NCBI GenBank assembly: GCA_004431415.1
Contig: QPMI01000414.1
Span: 62,001-126,000 of the forward strand
Source of the DNA: Cyanophora paradoxa CCMP329
Taxonomy: Eukaryota; Plantae; Glaucophyta
Direction of reading: 5' to 3'
DNA: 64,000 bases
Every line of letters starts with the position of its first letter. The first letter of the stretch is position 1. This document shows positions 37,601-50,800 of the stretch, one piece after another. The notes under the pieces are model-generated. The model saw only the letters and a list, made by a program, of their open reading frames with translations. It was not told where the DNA came from and searched no databases. The translations under genes were made by a program, and so were the position numbers.

Positions 37601-39416
37601 CAATGTCGACTTCGGTGGTGCAAATCCGGAGACGGTAATGCTGTACACGTAGATGTCGTCATCGGAACTACCAAATGCAGCTTCAGGTTCTTCTCCGGTC
37701 TCGGGATCCAATTTACATCCTCCGACAGCAAACAGGCCGACAGGAGGCAGAGAGAGCAGGGCAGTCGGAATGCAAGGCTTTGGAATGTCGCCGAAGGTAG
37801 TGACCGGGCGCCACGGATCGTAATCGTTCGAGAGTCTGGCAATTTTGAAGTCAAAGGCCCAGCACTGTTTTGAGTACTGCAGCTGATCGCCCGATCGCCC
37901 GCCGAAGAGAAGGTGGGCCCCGCCAAAGCTCGCAAAACCAGCCTCCATGAGGGGTCCGGGGGCTAAAGACACGCCTGGCCACCACTCGTTGTTCGACAGA
38001 TCGTATATCCAGGCATCTGAAACGCAGACTGCAAGCGCGAGGGCATAAGCACAGGATAACGATAAGAGCTCGGTTCTTGGAGGGGTCAGCACGAGCTTTT
38101 TTGCTGATCACGAATACGTGCATCATCGCGATCGCTGATCATAATTTCGCGTGCGCCTCCATACACGGCCATGAGCTCTCCGTCGGAACTCAGCCTGCAT
38201 TCACAAGTTATAATGAAATACAGATTCGCAAATATATAGCTAGCGCACCATCCCGCGGGGGCTACTCTCGCCTTCGGCCATGGTTCGCCTGCATGCATAT
38301 GGCCATGAACATAGCTCACCCATGATCTGTGCGATTAATTAATTATAATAAGACCCGCGGCCGTGAGCAGCTGCTCACGCGCGATGAACTATATGCACAT
38401 CTAGACCTAGATACATATAGCTACAGATCTACAGGATCATTCGCGCCTAGGCCTACCGCTGCGCGCGGATCGGAAGGCCCAGGCGCACTTGGAGGCAAAC
38501 TGGAAAATCCATACATCGTTTAGCGCGGGCATCTCCTTGTCCGCACTGATATCGCCGGCGCCCCCGAACATAACCAGGCGCCCCCGCTCCTCGTCGACGA
38601 GCGCCAGGGCTTCCATGCGCCCGGGCGGAACGGGCCCTTGAACGCTTACTTCCGACCACATCCACGTCTTCGTGTCGAGCCTGAGGCGGCCGGGCGCGCC
38701 GGCATTGAGATCATTGCAATCACGGGAAATCATTGAGATTATGGCGTGATCGAGCTTCTTGCAATTGGGGGCTGTACCTCCACATAGAGGTGTTCATTCT
38801 CTCATTTCGCGATCGCGAGAGGATTTTGTAGCCTCCCCACATCCAGAGTGCCCCATCAAAGTACACCTGCGAAAATTTAGAGCGTGTTCTACACACATCA
38901 AGGCATCCTAAACAATCTCGATAGCTCTGTGCGCACAAAGACTGGACCTCTCAAAGGTGGTGGAGGGGTGCCCATCGAGACAATTTTCATCCAGTGAGCG
39001 TATTTCACGTCGTAGATCCACACTTGGTCAAGCTCGCGATATACGCGCGAGCGGCTTACTTCTTCGCGGCCATACAAAACGACACACGGGCGCCGCTCTC
39101 CCTCTATGCTGCCAAGGCACGCTGCTGTCACGGTATTTGAGAATCGAGAAGGGAAAGGTTCATCGTCTTCGAATTCGACGCTTTCATTTGGCAACTGAGT
39201 GAACGCCGCGGTCGCCAGCGTGGAAGGAGGGGCGGGGGCGGAGCGCGCGGGCTGAGGTATCTGCAGAGCCTGAAGAACGCGGGAAATCGAGATCGGCCCC
39301 CCCTCGAACTCTTTGAATTCGTCGAGGTTGAGGCGCGGGCGCTGATATCGATCATAACCATGATCGATATCATGAGCTCGAGGCGGTCTGCGATAGCGCA
39401 CGATCGCGAGCGTCAT
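34683..39416 (-). CDS. Double Kelch/galactose-oxidase propeller + coiled coil + C-terminal C3HC4-type RING (putative E3 ligase)
   Basis: Kelch blades ALWMWGG, TWMWSEVSVQGPVPPGR..LVMFGG..LNDVWIF recur as TWAWSEVSVVGHAPPGR..LIVLGG..FNDMWIF. An E/A/R-rich coiled coil spans 35260-35930. RING: CLACRDRAASVLMSGCRHVVLCEPC...CPKCR. Start tentative. Confidence 0.8.
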
Positions 39417-40371
39417 TCAGCGATCGGCGTTCAGCATTTGAAGGCGCGTGCGCGCCTTCCCACGCACTCCGGCTCCATGGCCATCGATATCAGATTCCCG
39501 CGCGCGTGGAATCAATATTCTGGATTCCGTCGACGTCGACGTGCAATATTATGGAACAGCTGCGATGCACGTGTAGACGCGCTGCAGCTGGGATTGACGC
39601 GCTCTCGGAGCTCCCTGGACTGACGCGCAGCGCTAGCGCCGCCAGACCGAAAGAAAAACAATCTAGAGAGAAATCTAGAGAGCATTCTGTACTGGTCTAT
39701 ATTAATATTAAATATTCCTCCATGGATTCCTGCATGCAGCGATCGCAGGCCGGCCTAGTACTAGTGAGGAAGGGGGGGGGGGGGGAGTGGGAGGGGGGGG
39801 GGGGGGGCTGGCGGAGGAGGCCCGGACTGGAGGGGGAAAGTTACCCCTCCTCGAGCTAACTATATAGGCGGGGCCCCTCTTTGAGATCAGTGGGGGCGGG
39901 GGGGGCGGGAGGGGGGGGCCAGGGGAGGGCCGGGGGGCGGGGCCCGGGGCGACGCGGCCGGGGGCACGCACCGCACACTGTGACAACAGGGAGGCGCCGA
40001 GAGTAATATCCAATTTGCCGATAGTAATATCCAATTTGCAAAGGCGTACCCCCTCCGCCCGCCCCCCCCTCCGCCCCTTCCACCCCCCCTCCCCCCACAC
40101 ACACAACAAATACCACCGTGGCACACCCGCCTCGTGCGCATGCGCACCCGGGAGAATTTCGGCACCTAATCGAATTAAAAACTAGCTTATGGGCCTACAA
40201 AGAGGGCGATCAGAGAGGAGAGCCAGAAAAGACGAGATCTAGAGATAGGACAAAGAACGCTAGCCGGCCCGGCAGCCCGCCCAAGGGAGAGGAATACGTA
40301 TACCGAAAAGCGTATTCCGGTCACTATACGCCGCAGCCGCTGGCAGGTCAATCGCAAGAGTCGCAACACGG

Positions 40372-43300
40372 TCACGCGGGCCCGTTTGCGAGCCAGGCGG
40401 AGATCTGGGCGACGGTCTCGGCGGGGTACGTCGACGTGATCACCGCCCGGAGCTCGGGGTCCACCGGTACCCCCCGGCTCGTCCAGTCGGCCTGGTCTGC
40501 GCTCGGGGCCGGCGCGAGCCGCAGGCCCAGGCTCCTAGGCCGCTGCCCGCGGGCGGGGTGCGGGTCGTCCCCCGGCGCAGAGGCGAGCTCGGGGGGCAGG
40601 GGACGGCGCAGGCGGGCGGCGACGCAGGCCGCCGCCCGCCGAAGGTTCCGCATGCGCGGGTGCGAGTCCGGGAAGGAGGCGGCGAGCTCGGGGGTACACG
40701 CGTAGCGGGCGGCGGCGCCGGAGAAGAGATCGAGGGCCTCCTCCAGCTGCCCGTCCAGCGCGCACATCAGGCCAATGTGGTACAGCGCCGACGCGGACTT
40801 GTGCGGCGTCCGCGAGCGCCTGTTGCTCCACTGCGGCGCGAACGTGGGCCGCGGAAGCGGCCGCGGAAGGGAAGGGGTGTACAGGCACCTCGAGGTGGAG
40901 CAGGACGGCCCGTAGGATGCGGATCGCGTGGCGGAGTTTGAAGCCCTCCGGCCGGAAGACGATCCCGCACGCTGAGCACGCGCGCGTCGCTCGAAGTCAG
41001 GGATCGATTCGAGGGGGGAGGGAGGGGGGTACCGAGGATGCCGAACTCGTCGTGGTCGCCGCTGGTGACCTCGCATGTCTCGTCGACCACCTTGGCGCCG
41101 GCGTAGTACGAGCGGCCCCAGCGCGACACGAGGCCTGTCCGCCGATGCGATCGGCACCAGGAAGCGGAGAGGGGGGGGGGAAGGGCGACGGGGACGAAGA
41201 GTGCGGGGTGGGGGGTGGAGAGGGACGGCGACGGCAGGGGAGGGAGGGGGAGACGATGGGGGGAGAGGGGGAGGGGGAGGAAGGGAGAGAGGGGGGAGGG
41301 GGAGAGAGAGTGAGCGGGGGGAGCGCCGCACCCGAGGCGAACTGGCAAAGGGCGAGGCTCCGGCTGCACCGCCCCATCCGGAGGGCGTACGCCGGGTTAC
41401 CCCCAGAGCGCTCCACCAGCTCTGACGCGGCCCATCAGTCGTACCCCCGGTCAAGGGCGGCCAGGGGCCGGGGGTACCACGGCCGGTCTCGACGCCCCGG
41501 CTGTAGATCTCGGCGCCCGCCGCTGGGTCCCCGTCGTACCATTCGATGTAGCCTGCGGCCCCGGCTTCAGCTCGGGCTCGGGAAGGGGGGGGCAGGGGGG
41601 AGGGGGGGAGGGGGGGAGGAGGAAGCGGCGCGGGGGGTACCGAGGGTCTGGAGGCAGGTGACCTTTGCCTCGACGTCGTCATCCGTCTCCTCGAACCAGT
41701 AGAGCTTCTCCGCGAAGTGGCGGGCGAGGTCCACCCGCCCGATCTGCACTGCGCGCGCACCGCGGCCGTCGGCGGGGGCGGGCTGGCGGGGGGGCGGGCG
41801 GGCAAGGGCGAGAAGGGTACCATGAAGCTCGCAGAGCTCGCGGAGGACCTCGCTCTCGAGCCGGTGGGGGTACACCTGCGCGCACGGCACGATTGTCAAC
41901 CCTGAGCGCCGGACGGCCGGAGTGCGCGGCGGCGGGGCGCGAAAGGGGCCGACCCGCAGGCGCAGCAGCGTATCCCACGCCTGCGGCGGCGGGCAAATCG
42001 GCGACGAAAGGGGGGGGGGAAAGGAAGGGGGGTACCTCGAACTGGAGCTCCAGGGCCTTGCGGAGGTGGCCGTACTGGCGCAGGGTGAACGCCGCGCGCG
42101 CCTGAGGGGGGGGTCAGGCTCAGATGAGGGTGAGCGGGGGGGCTCGAGCCCGCTTCATCTAAGGGCTTAGGCTTGGGGGAGGAGCGGGGAGGAGGAGGAG
42201 GAGGAGGTCGAAGCCAGGGCGAGTTTTCGTCTCCCTTCCCCCTCCTCCTTGGATTGAGGCTTCGACGGTGCCCTCCTCCCCGCTCCTCCCCCAGGCTCGG
42301 GGGCTCGAGCTCAATCTCGAGCTCGATCTAGGGGAGGAGTGTGAGGGAGGGCTCGCCCTGGCTTCGACGGTGAGGAGCTCCGCCCACGGCGGCCTCCCGA
42401 GGCTGAAGCGGCGCCCGCGCCCGCGCCCGCGTCGGGATGAAGGAGAAGGCGGGTGCGCGGGCGGCGGGCGGGGGGCGGGGGGCGCACCGCGCGGCGGCCC
42501 CCTCCGAAGCGTCGAGCGCGCGCTCGTGCAGCGCGAGGAGCTGCGAACGAAGCGGTACATGGTTAATTGGTCGTCGGAGGCGCGGGCGCGACTGCGCGGT
42601 TGTCGTGAGGCCGGCCGGGACCGGGGTCCGGGACGCGGACGCAATGACGCAGGCCGGGCGGGGCCGGGACCGGGGTCCGGGACGGCCGGGACCGGGGTCC
42701 GGGACGGGGGCGGTCAACCGGGGCGGGGCCGGGGCCGGGGCGGGGCGGGGCAGGGCGGGGCTGGGCGGGGAAAGGGCGGGGCGGGGCAGGGCACCTCCTC
42801 GAAAGGGAGCAGGGAGAAGTCGGGAGAGAGGAGGACGTAGTCTGCGGAGAAAAGGCGTGGGCGGCGCGGAGCGGAGGGGGGAGGAGGAGGGAGGAGGAGG
42901 AGAAGGAGGAGGAGGAGCAGGGGCGAGCTTAAGAGGGCGGTGCCCCTCTAGCCGTCCCGGAGAGCGCGGCGCCGCGAGGCGGCGGCGGGGTGGCCGGGCA
43001 CCGGAGGTGGCGAGAAGGACAAAGTTCCACGCGTTCTGGCACGCGCGCTCCGTTTCCTCCCTGCGGGACAGCGGGCCCGGTCAACGATCCGAGGGACAGC
43101 GGCGAGGGCCGGGGGAAACGGAGGGCACCTGGAGGGGTACTCGAGGGGGCTGGAGAGGAGGTGGGAGGCGAGGGAGTCCAGCACGGCATCGACCTGGGGC
43201 CGGCCACCGGTCCGTCGGGCCCGGCGCGCGCGGAGCCGGCGGCAGTTGCGGCGGCGGGGCGAAGGGCGGACCGAGGGGCGGGGGGGGAAGAAGGCCCGGG

Positions 43301-45387
43301 GCCGGCCGGGGCCCGAGGCGCCGGCGTTCACGCGGATGAGCTGAGGAGGGGGCGCGGCGGTCGGCCGAGACGGGGAGGGGGGGAGAGGGGAGGGGGGGGG
43401 GTGAGGCGGGATGGGACCTGGAGGAGGTGCCGGGTACGTATTCGCCCGGCGGTAGTGCGAAGCAGGGGGGTACCGAGGACGCTGCGGAACGTGCGACGTC
43501 GACGAATAAGCCCGAGGACGGCGAGCCAGCCGCCCGGGACGGGTAGAGTTGACAGAGGACACCCAGTGCAAGCGAAGCGACGCGTGCCGGGCACGCTTTA
43601 ACTTTACCGCTACGCCTAAGCCACCTCAGGCTATCTCTCCGCTATTTCTCAGCCCCGGGCGCGCACCGGGGGTCCCCGAGTAGGACGGCCAGGGCCGAGG
43701 CGGCGCCTGCATCCTCCGCCTCGCCCACCCGCCTCTGCGCGGCCGAGCCGTCAGCAGCAGCAGCGGCGGCGCCGGCGGCAGCATCGGCGGCGAGCACGTG
43801 AAGGCGCGCGGGGCGCCGCACGCGGGCACGCGGGCACGCACCATGAACTCTTCCTCCTCGTGGGACTCCAGAAGGTACGGCGCCGGCGAGAATCGGAGGG
43901 GGGCCGGGGAGGCCGGGAGGTCGGGGTCCGGGAGGGGCGGGAGGGGCGAGGGGCGGGAGATGTAGACGGGGGCGGGGGCGTCGGGATCGACGGAGAGGTT
44001 CGACAGTTTGACGAAGAGCTCCTCGACGTCCCCGACGACCCGCGCCGCGGCGGGGCCGGCGTCGGGGCGGGCCGGCGGGGCGAGGGCGCGGCTCTCGAGC
44101 CTGAGGAGCAGATCCCAGAACTTGGCCTCGAGGGAGGCGAGGAGGGACGCGGAGGCGGAGGAGGAGGAGGCGGCGGAGGCGGAGGCGGAGACGATATCGA
44201 TCGGACGCGCGTCTCCCGAGGGCGCGTCCTGCGGCGGACGGGGGTACGCGAAGCCCGCCCCTTCCAGCCCGAGCAGCGCCGCCTCCTCCGGATCCGGGTA
44301 CCCCCGGGCGAGGAAGGTCGGCTGGGGCGGGGCGGGTCGGCCGGGGGCGCTGCGCCCTTCTTCACCTTCGGAGGCCGATTCGAAGTCGGAGCCCGCGGGG
44401 GCGCGGGGGCGCTTGGGGTTGGGGGGTACAGGGCCGCCCCCGGCGTGCTTGGCGGGGAGCGGGGGGTACGGGGCCGGGGCCGGGGCCGGGGCGGGCGTGC
44501 CGGGCAGGGAATCGGGGCCGACCTCAGCGATCCCGCCCCCATAGCGCCTCTGAGCCGGGGGCTTGCTCAGGAGATGCACCATGATGCGGCCCTGCGCGCG
44601 CGTCCCGAAACGGTCGGCAGAGGCAACAAAGCGGGGCGGGGCGGGGCGCGGGCCAGACGCACGCGGGGCCGCTCGCCAGTGGCTGCGTCGCGGATGCAGA
44701 GCTCGAAGGCGGCGCCCTGGAGGCAGCGGCACGAGTCCATTGCGAAGGCCTCCGTCTCCCCGAGCGCGTCCACGCGCGTCGCGACGCTCGCCGCGTTCAC
44801 GAAAGGGAACGAGAGCCGGGGCCGCTTGTGCTGCTTCGAGCTCGAGAGCGCTTCGGGGCACGTGTGCTCCTTCAGGGCCTTCTTCGCGCCTGCCGGCATT
44901 GCATGCGCAGAACGGCGCGTGAGCGACGGCCGCGGTGGACGGGCGGGCGGGGCGATCGTTGGTGCGCATGTGTATATGCACATGCTCGCAATCGCTCGCG
45001 TGCGCACCCCAGCGGGCCAGCTCCAACACGAGCTGCCTCCCGATCCAAGAGCTGCCCGCCGCCGCCTTCAACTTGTACTTCCTGCAGCGGCCGCATCTCA
45101 GCAGAGCCTCGGCAAGCGATCGCACAGATCCTATCATCTACAGCGACCACGCGCCTGCATCTCAAGACGTAGGGATAGTGCGCATAGAGGCCGTCCGGAT
45201 CCTCGCCGGCGCAGCGCTCGAGCGACCAGAGGTTTGGCGGGTGCGGGGCATATGCTTGGAAGGACGCTTGGACGGTGTCCTCCCAGGAACAGGCGGAGCG
45301 GCGGAGCAGGATGAACTCGGGCGCCTCCCGCGATTCGGGGCCGGCGTCGTCGCTGGCGTCGCCGCTCGCCAGCGCTGCTGTCGCCAT
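40372..45387 (-). CDS. Large multi-exon protein with C-terminal TPR-like helices, copy 1
   Basis: Start MATAALASGD at 45387. Exons include VDLARHFAEK..VTCLQTLGYIEWYDGDPAAGAEIYSRG and SASALYHIGLMCALDGQLEEALDLFSGA (TPR-like). Exons are conserved with copy 2 while introns diverge. Confidence 0.7.
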
Positions 45388-45687
45388 GCGTAACGATGCG
45401 TGCCGTACAACTACCCCGCCGCGGCTAACCGCGGCTCGGCGCTCGCATAAGTGCTGCACTGTCAAGTACGTGTACCCCCCTCCGGACCCCGGAAGCCTGC
45501 AGCTGCAGGCCTAGGCGGCGCCGAGACAACGGTGGGGACCGTGCCACCGTGGGGCTTCGAATTCGAGCTCGAGCCTTCGACGGTAGTTCGTCGACGTCGA
45601 GCTCGTTAACGTTCTCCTTTTAGTGCAGCCGCCTGCAGCTGGTCCCCCCCCTCCCCCCACCCCCCCCGGCCCCCGCCCCCTCCCTCC

Positions 45688-47241
45688 ATGATAACATCTC
45701 CATCACTGACTTCTGCTGCGAATTGGGCTCGGAAGGCCAACCATGGATTCTATTGGAACACTTCCGCCAAGCAATTGCACGACTCCCCGTCGCCCCCTCA
45801 CCCCAGGCCCCTCCCTCCCCCCCAGCTGCCCGATGCAGGACCCGTCGCCGGGACCTCCGATTTCTCCTGCACTTGTGGCACCCGCTTCGCCTCCGTAGCT
45901 GCCCTCCAGGCCCACTCCGACGCAAGACGGAGAAAATGCCCCGCCCGCCCTGAGATCACCTCATGCCCTGCCCACCAACCTACGGTAACCCCAGCACGAC
46001 AGTCACACGAGAAATCTGATAATGGCACCCTGCCCGCCTCGCCCGCGGGCCCTTCGAACACTACTCAAACTTCCAAACGCCCCGCTCCGGCGCCCCCCCC
46101 CGGCCCCTCCCCCGAAACGAACACGGCCGTCGCCTGCTTCGCGTAAACGGACAGCTGATACTCCCTCCGCCTCGGCACCCAAACGCCCGCGCCCCGTAAC
46201 CCCCCCCCCCCCCCCCCCCCCCCACCTCTGCACCAGCCCCGCCCGTACCTACGGAGAAAAGAAAGGCGGCCGCCCGCAAGACGCCCAAGCGCACGACCAA
46301 AAAAGCGCGAATGTTGCCGATACCAGCGGGGCAGCCCACCATCGCGTCCCTCTTTGCGCCTGGCGTGTACAAACCACTTACGACGCTGCAAACAGCCGAC
46401 TCCCCCTCCTCCTCCTCACCTCAGCTGACCCCCCGATTGGGACCTCACACGACGCCGCCCCTCAGCCCTCTACGGTCCCCCCCCCGGCCCCAAGCGGCCC
46501 CCAAGTGCCAGCCCCCCCGCCGGCTCCGGCCACTCCCATGGCTTCGGCCCCTCCAATGGCCTCGGCCCCCCCTTTGGCTTCGGCCACCCCCTTGGCTTCG
46601 GCCCTTCCCCTGGCTTCGGCCAACCCCATGGCTTCGGCCGCCCCCCGGGCCTCGGCCCCCCCCTCTAACCCGGTCGACCCCTCCCGACCCCTCGCGGCCC
46701 GCCTCGCCTCCGCACTCCCAGCTTTCTGCGCCGCCTGCCAGTGCCCACGCTCTCTCCACCTTGCCGTCCCGGCACCTCTCCCCGCCTTGCCCCGCATCCG
46801 CTGCCCGCCCCAGGCTGCTGCCTCTGCCCACTCCCTCTCCTTCCTCATATCTTCCTCCTACCACCTTCTTCACCTTGACAAAACGGGACACCGATTAATC
46901 GGGGTCCTGGGGCGCAGGTGAGGAGGAGGGAGGAGGCGGAGTGCGGAGGTGGAGGGGTGGCGGAGCGGCGGCAAGGGAGGGCGGCGGACTGCGAGACATT
47001 TCACTTCCAGGGCTCATGAGGGATGGAGGAGTTGATCAAGGGGTGGGCGCGCGGGTCTGGTTACGGCTATCACCGAAAACCATGGCTCCCCCACTCAGGC
47101 GAACCTCCCATATTGAGCGACCCATGGCCGGCACCTAGCTAGCATCTTCGGCTAGATAGTTGACCGGTCGGAAGGGCACGTCACGTAGAACATTGATACA
47201 TGTGCCGTGGTGTATCAATGCGACGTCCACTTTTGCAAAAA
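45688..47241 (+). mobile_element. Internally deleted, degenerate LINE-like element (zinc-finger N-terminus, 3' stem-loop and A tail)
   Basis: ORF with FSCTCGTRFASVAALQAHSDARRRKC zinc-finger-like motif, a frameshifted Pro-rich continuation containing FCAACQCPRSLH, and no introns. Its 3' end matches the TSD-flanked poly(A) insert at 33709. No RT motif or TSD found; 5' boundary uncertain. Confidence 0.6.
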
Positions 47242-47840
47242 CAAATTACTGCGTCCCCGTGCTCCGCGGCGTTTTAGTGTGATTAACTATAGTACTAGTA
47301 CTGCCGGCGCCAGGCTGCTGCGTCGACGTCCTTGAGCACTTCTACTACTTCTCCTCGCGCTCGATCTCCTTATCCTTCGCGTTCTTACCATTATATCATA
47401 GTATATGTCCCTTTTCGTGACTCAGTGATCCCTCTTGATCATATAATTATGTACTATGTCTGCTGTATACGTACGCGTACCTGTCCTGGCTCTCCATGTG
47501 CCCCCTGGCCATGGGCAGCCCCGCAGTGCTGGTGCCTAGAAACTGTGCAGTGCTGGTAATTTACCAAAAATTGTGCCCCCGCGGCCACCTCGCCCTTTCC
47601 GAAAGTTCCCTCCCGACCGCCGCCGCACCACCGCCGCGCCGCCGCCGCCCCCGAGGATATTTAGCAGGCACCCAATTTTCAGAGGACCTACGGAGCGATC
47701 AAAGGGATCAGAGATGAGAGGGCTTACTGGGCGATAGTTCAGGACACCGGGAGGGAGGAGGCGGAGGAGGGAGGAAGCAAGCCGGCCCGCCCAAGGGAGA
47801 GGAGTATCGAAACGCCAGCGGCAGGTCACTCGTAACAAGG

Positions 47841-50800
47841 TCAGGCGGGCCCGTCGGCGAGCCAGGCGGAGATCTGGGCGACGGTCTCGGCGGGGTACGT
47901 CGACGTGATCACTGCCCGGAGCTCGGGGTCCACCGGTACCCCCCGGCTCGTCCAGTCGGCCTGGTCCGCATTCGGGGCCGGCACGAGCCGCAGGCCCAGG
48001 CCCCGAGGCCGCTGCCCGCGGGCGGCGCGGTGCGGGTCGTGCCCCGCGGCCGGCGCCGAGGCGAGCTCGGGAGGCAGGGGACGGCGCAGGCGGGCGGCGA
48101 CGCAGGCCGCCGCCCGCCGCAGGTTCCGGATGCGGGGGTGCGAGTCCGGGAACGAGGCGGCGAGCTCCGGGGTACACGCGTAGCGGGCGGCGGCGCCGGA
48201 GAATAGCTCGAGGGCCTCCTCCAGCTGCCCGTCCAGAGCGCACATGAGCCCAATGTGGTAGAGCGCCGACGCGGACTTGTGCGGCGTCCTCGAGCGCCTG
48301 TTGCTCCACTGCGGCGCGAGCGTGGGCCGCGAGAACGGCTTCGGAAGGGGGGTAGAGGCACCTCTAGGTGGAGCAGGGCGGCCCGTAGGATGCGGATCGC
48401 GTGGCGGAGCTTGAATCCCTCCGGTGTGAAGACGATCCCGCACGCTGCGCGCGTGACGACACGGATCAATTCGAGCGCGCGGCGAAGGCCGTGGCCGGGG
48501 GGTACTACGGTACCGAGGATGCCGAACTCGTCGTGGTCGCCGCTCGTGACCTCGCACGTCTCGTCGACCACCTTGGCACCGGCGTAGTACGAGCGGCCCC
48601 AGCGCGACACGAGGCCTGCCCGCCGGTGCGATCGGCGTCAGGAAGCGGGGGGCGGGGAGAGGGGGGGAAGGGGAGGGAGGGGAGGGAGGGGAGGGAGGGG
48701 AGGGGAGGGAGGGAGGTGAGGGGGTGGGTGGAGGGGGGGGGGCGTGGGGGGGTAGGAGGGTGAGAGGGGGGTGAGAGGGGTGGGGGGGGGGAAGAGAGAG
48801 GGAGCGGGGGGAGCGCCGCACCCGAGGCGAACTGGCAAAGGGCGAAGATCCGGCTGCACCGCCCCATCCGCAGGGCGTACGCCGGGTTACCCCCCGAGCG
48901 CTCCACAAGCTCTGACGCGGCACGTCAGTCGTTAGTCAGCCGTACCCCCGGTCCCGGCGAGGCGGACCCCGGCCGGTCTCGACGCCCCGGCTGTAGATCT
49001 CGGCGCCCGCTGCGGCGTCCCCGTCGTACCACTCGATGTAGCCTGCGGCTCAGGCTTCAGCTCGGGCTCGGGGGGGGGGGGGGGGGGGGGGCGGGGGGAG
49101 GGGAGGAGGAAGCGGGGCGGGGGTACCGAGGGTCTGGAGGCAGGTGACCTTTGCCTCGACGTCGTCTTCCGTCTCCTCGAACCAGTAGAGCTTCTCCGCG
49201 AAGTGGCGGGCGAGGTCCACCCGCCCGATCTGCACTGCGCGCGCGCCGCGGCCGTCGGCGGGGGCGGGCTGGCGGGGGGGCGGGCGGGCAAGGGCGAGAA
49301 GGGTACCATGAAGCTCGCAGAGCTCGCGGAGGACCTCGCTCTCGAGCCTGTGGGGGTACACCTGCGCGCGCGGGGCGATCGCACCCTCGCGGCGACGGCA
49401 GGGAGCGAGAGGGGTACCGACCCGCAGGCGCAGCAGCGTGTCCCACGCCTGCGGTGGCGGGCGATTCGGCGACGAAAAGGGCCGGCTTGTGGGGGGAGGG
49501 GGGGGGGATATGGAGGGGGGTTACCTCGAACTGGAGCTCGAGGGCTGCGCGGAGGTGGCCGTACTGGCGCAGGGTGAATGCCGCGCGCGCCTGAGGGGAG
49601 GCTCAGGTGAGCGCGAGCGGAGAAGGCGTGGCGAAGGGGAGGAGCGTGATGGGCGAGCTCGAGCTCAAGCCAAGGGGGAAGGGAGTAAAGGAGAGGCTCA
49701 GGCAAGGGCGAGGGGGGGGAGGGCTCCAGCCCGCTTCATCCAAGGGCTTAGGTTTGGGGGAGGAGCGTGAGGGCTACGCTCGGGCTCAATCTAGGGGGGG
49801 GGGGGGTAGTGTGAGGGAAGGCTTGCCCTGGCTTCGACGGTGAGGAGCTCGGCCCACGGCGGCCTCCCGAGGCTGAGGCGGCGCCCGCGCCCGCGTCGGA
49901 ATGAAGGAGAAGGCGGGTGCGCGGGCGGGAGGCGCAGGCCGCGCACCGCGCGGCGGCCCCCTCCGAAGCGTCGAGCGCGCGCTCGTGCAGCGCGAGGAGC
50001 TGCGAACGAAGCGGTACATGGTTAATTGGTCGTCGGAGGCGCGGGCGCGACTGCGCGATTGTCGTGAGGCCGGCCGGGACCGGGGTCCGGGACGCGGGCG
50101 CAATGACGCAGGCCGGGCGGGGCCGGGACCGGGGTCCGGGACGGCCGGGACCGGGGTCCGGGACGGGGGCGGTCAACCGGGGCGGGGCCGGGGCCGGGGC
50201 GGGGCGGGGCGGGGCGGGGCGGGGCACCTCCTCGAAAGGGAGCAGGGAGAAGTCGGGAGAGAGGAGGACGTAGTCTGCGGAGAAAAGGCGTGGACGTGAG
50301 CGGCGTGGATAAGAGGGGAGAAGTGGCGAGCTGGAGGCGGCGGCGGCGGCGGGGGGGCACCGGAGGTGGCGAGGAGTACAAAGTTCCACACGTTCTGGCA
50401 CGCGCGCTCCGTTTCCTCCCTGCACGCGCGGCCCGGTCAACGTTCTGAGGGACAGCGGCGGGGAAGGGGGCGAGAGGCACCTGGAGGGGAACTCGAGGGG
50501 GCTGGAGAAGAGGTGAGAGGCGAGGGAGTCCAGCACGGCATCGACCTGGGGCCGTCCCCCGGTCCGTCGGCCCCGGCGCGCGCGCGGGGCCGGAGCCGGC
50601 GGCGGCGGCGGGGCGGAGGGCGGACCGAGGGGCGGGGGGGAAGAAGACTCGCGGCCGGCCGGGGCACGAGGCGCCGGCGTTCACGCGGATGAGCTGCGGA
50701 GGGGCGGCCGGTCGATACGGGGAGAGGGGGGAAGGGGGGGGGGGGGGTTAAGGCGGGATGGGACCTGGAGGAGGTGCCGGGTACGTATTCGCCCGGCGGT

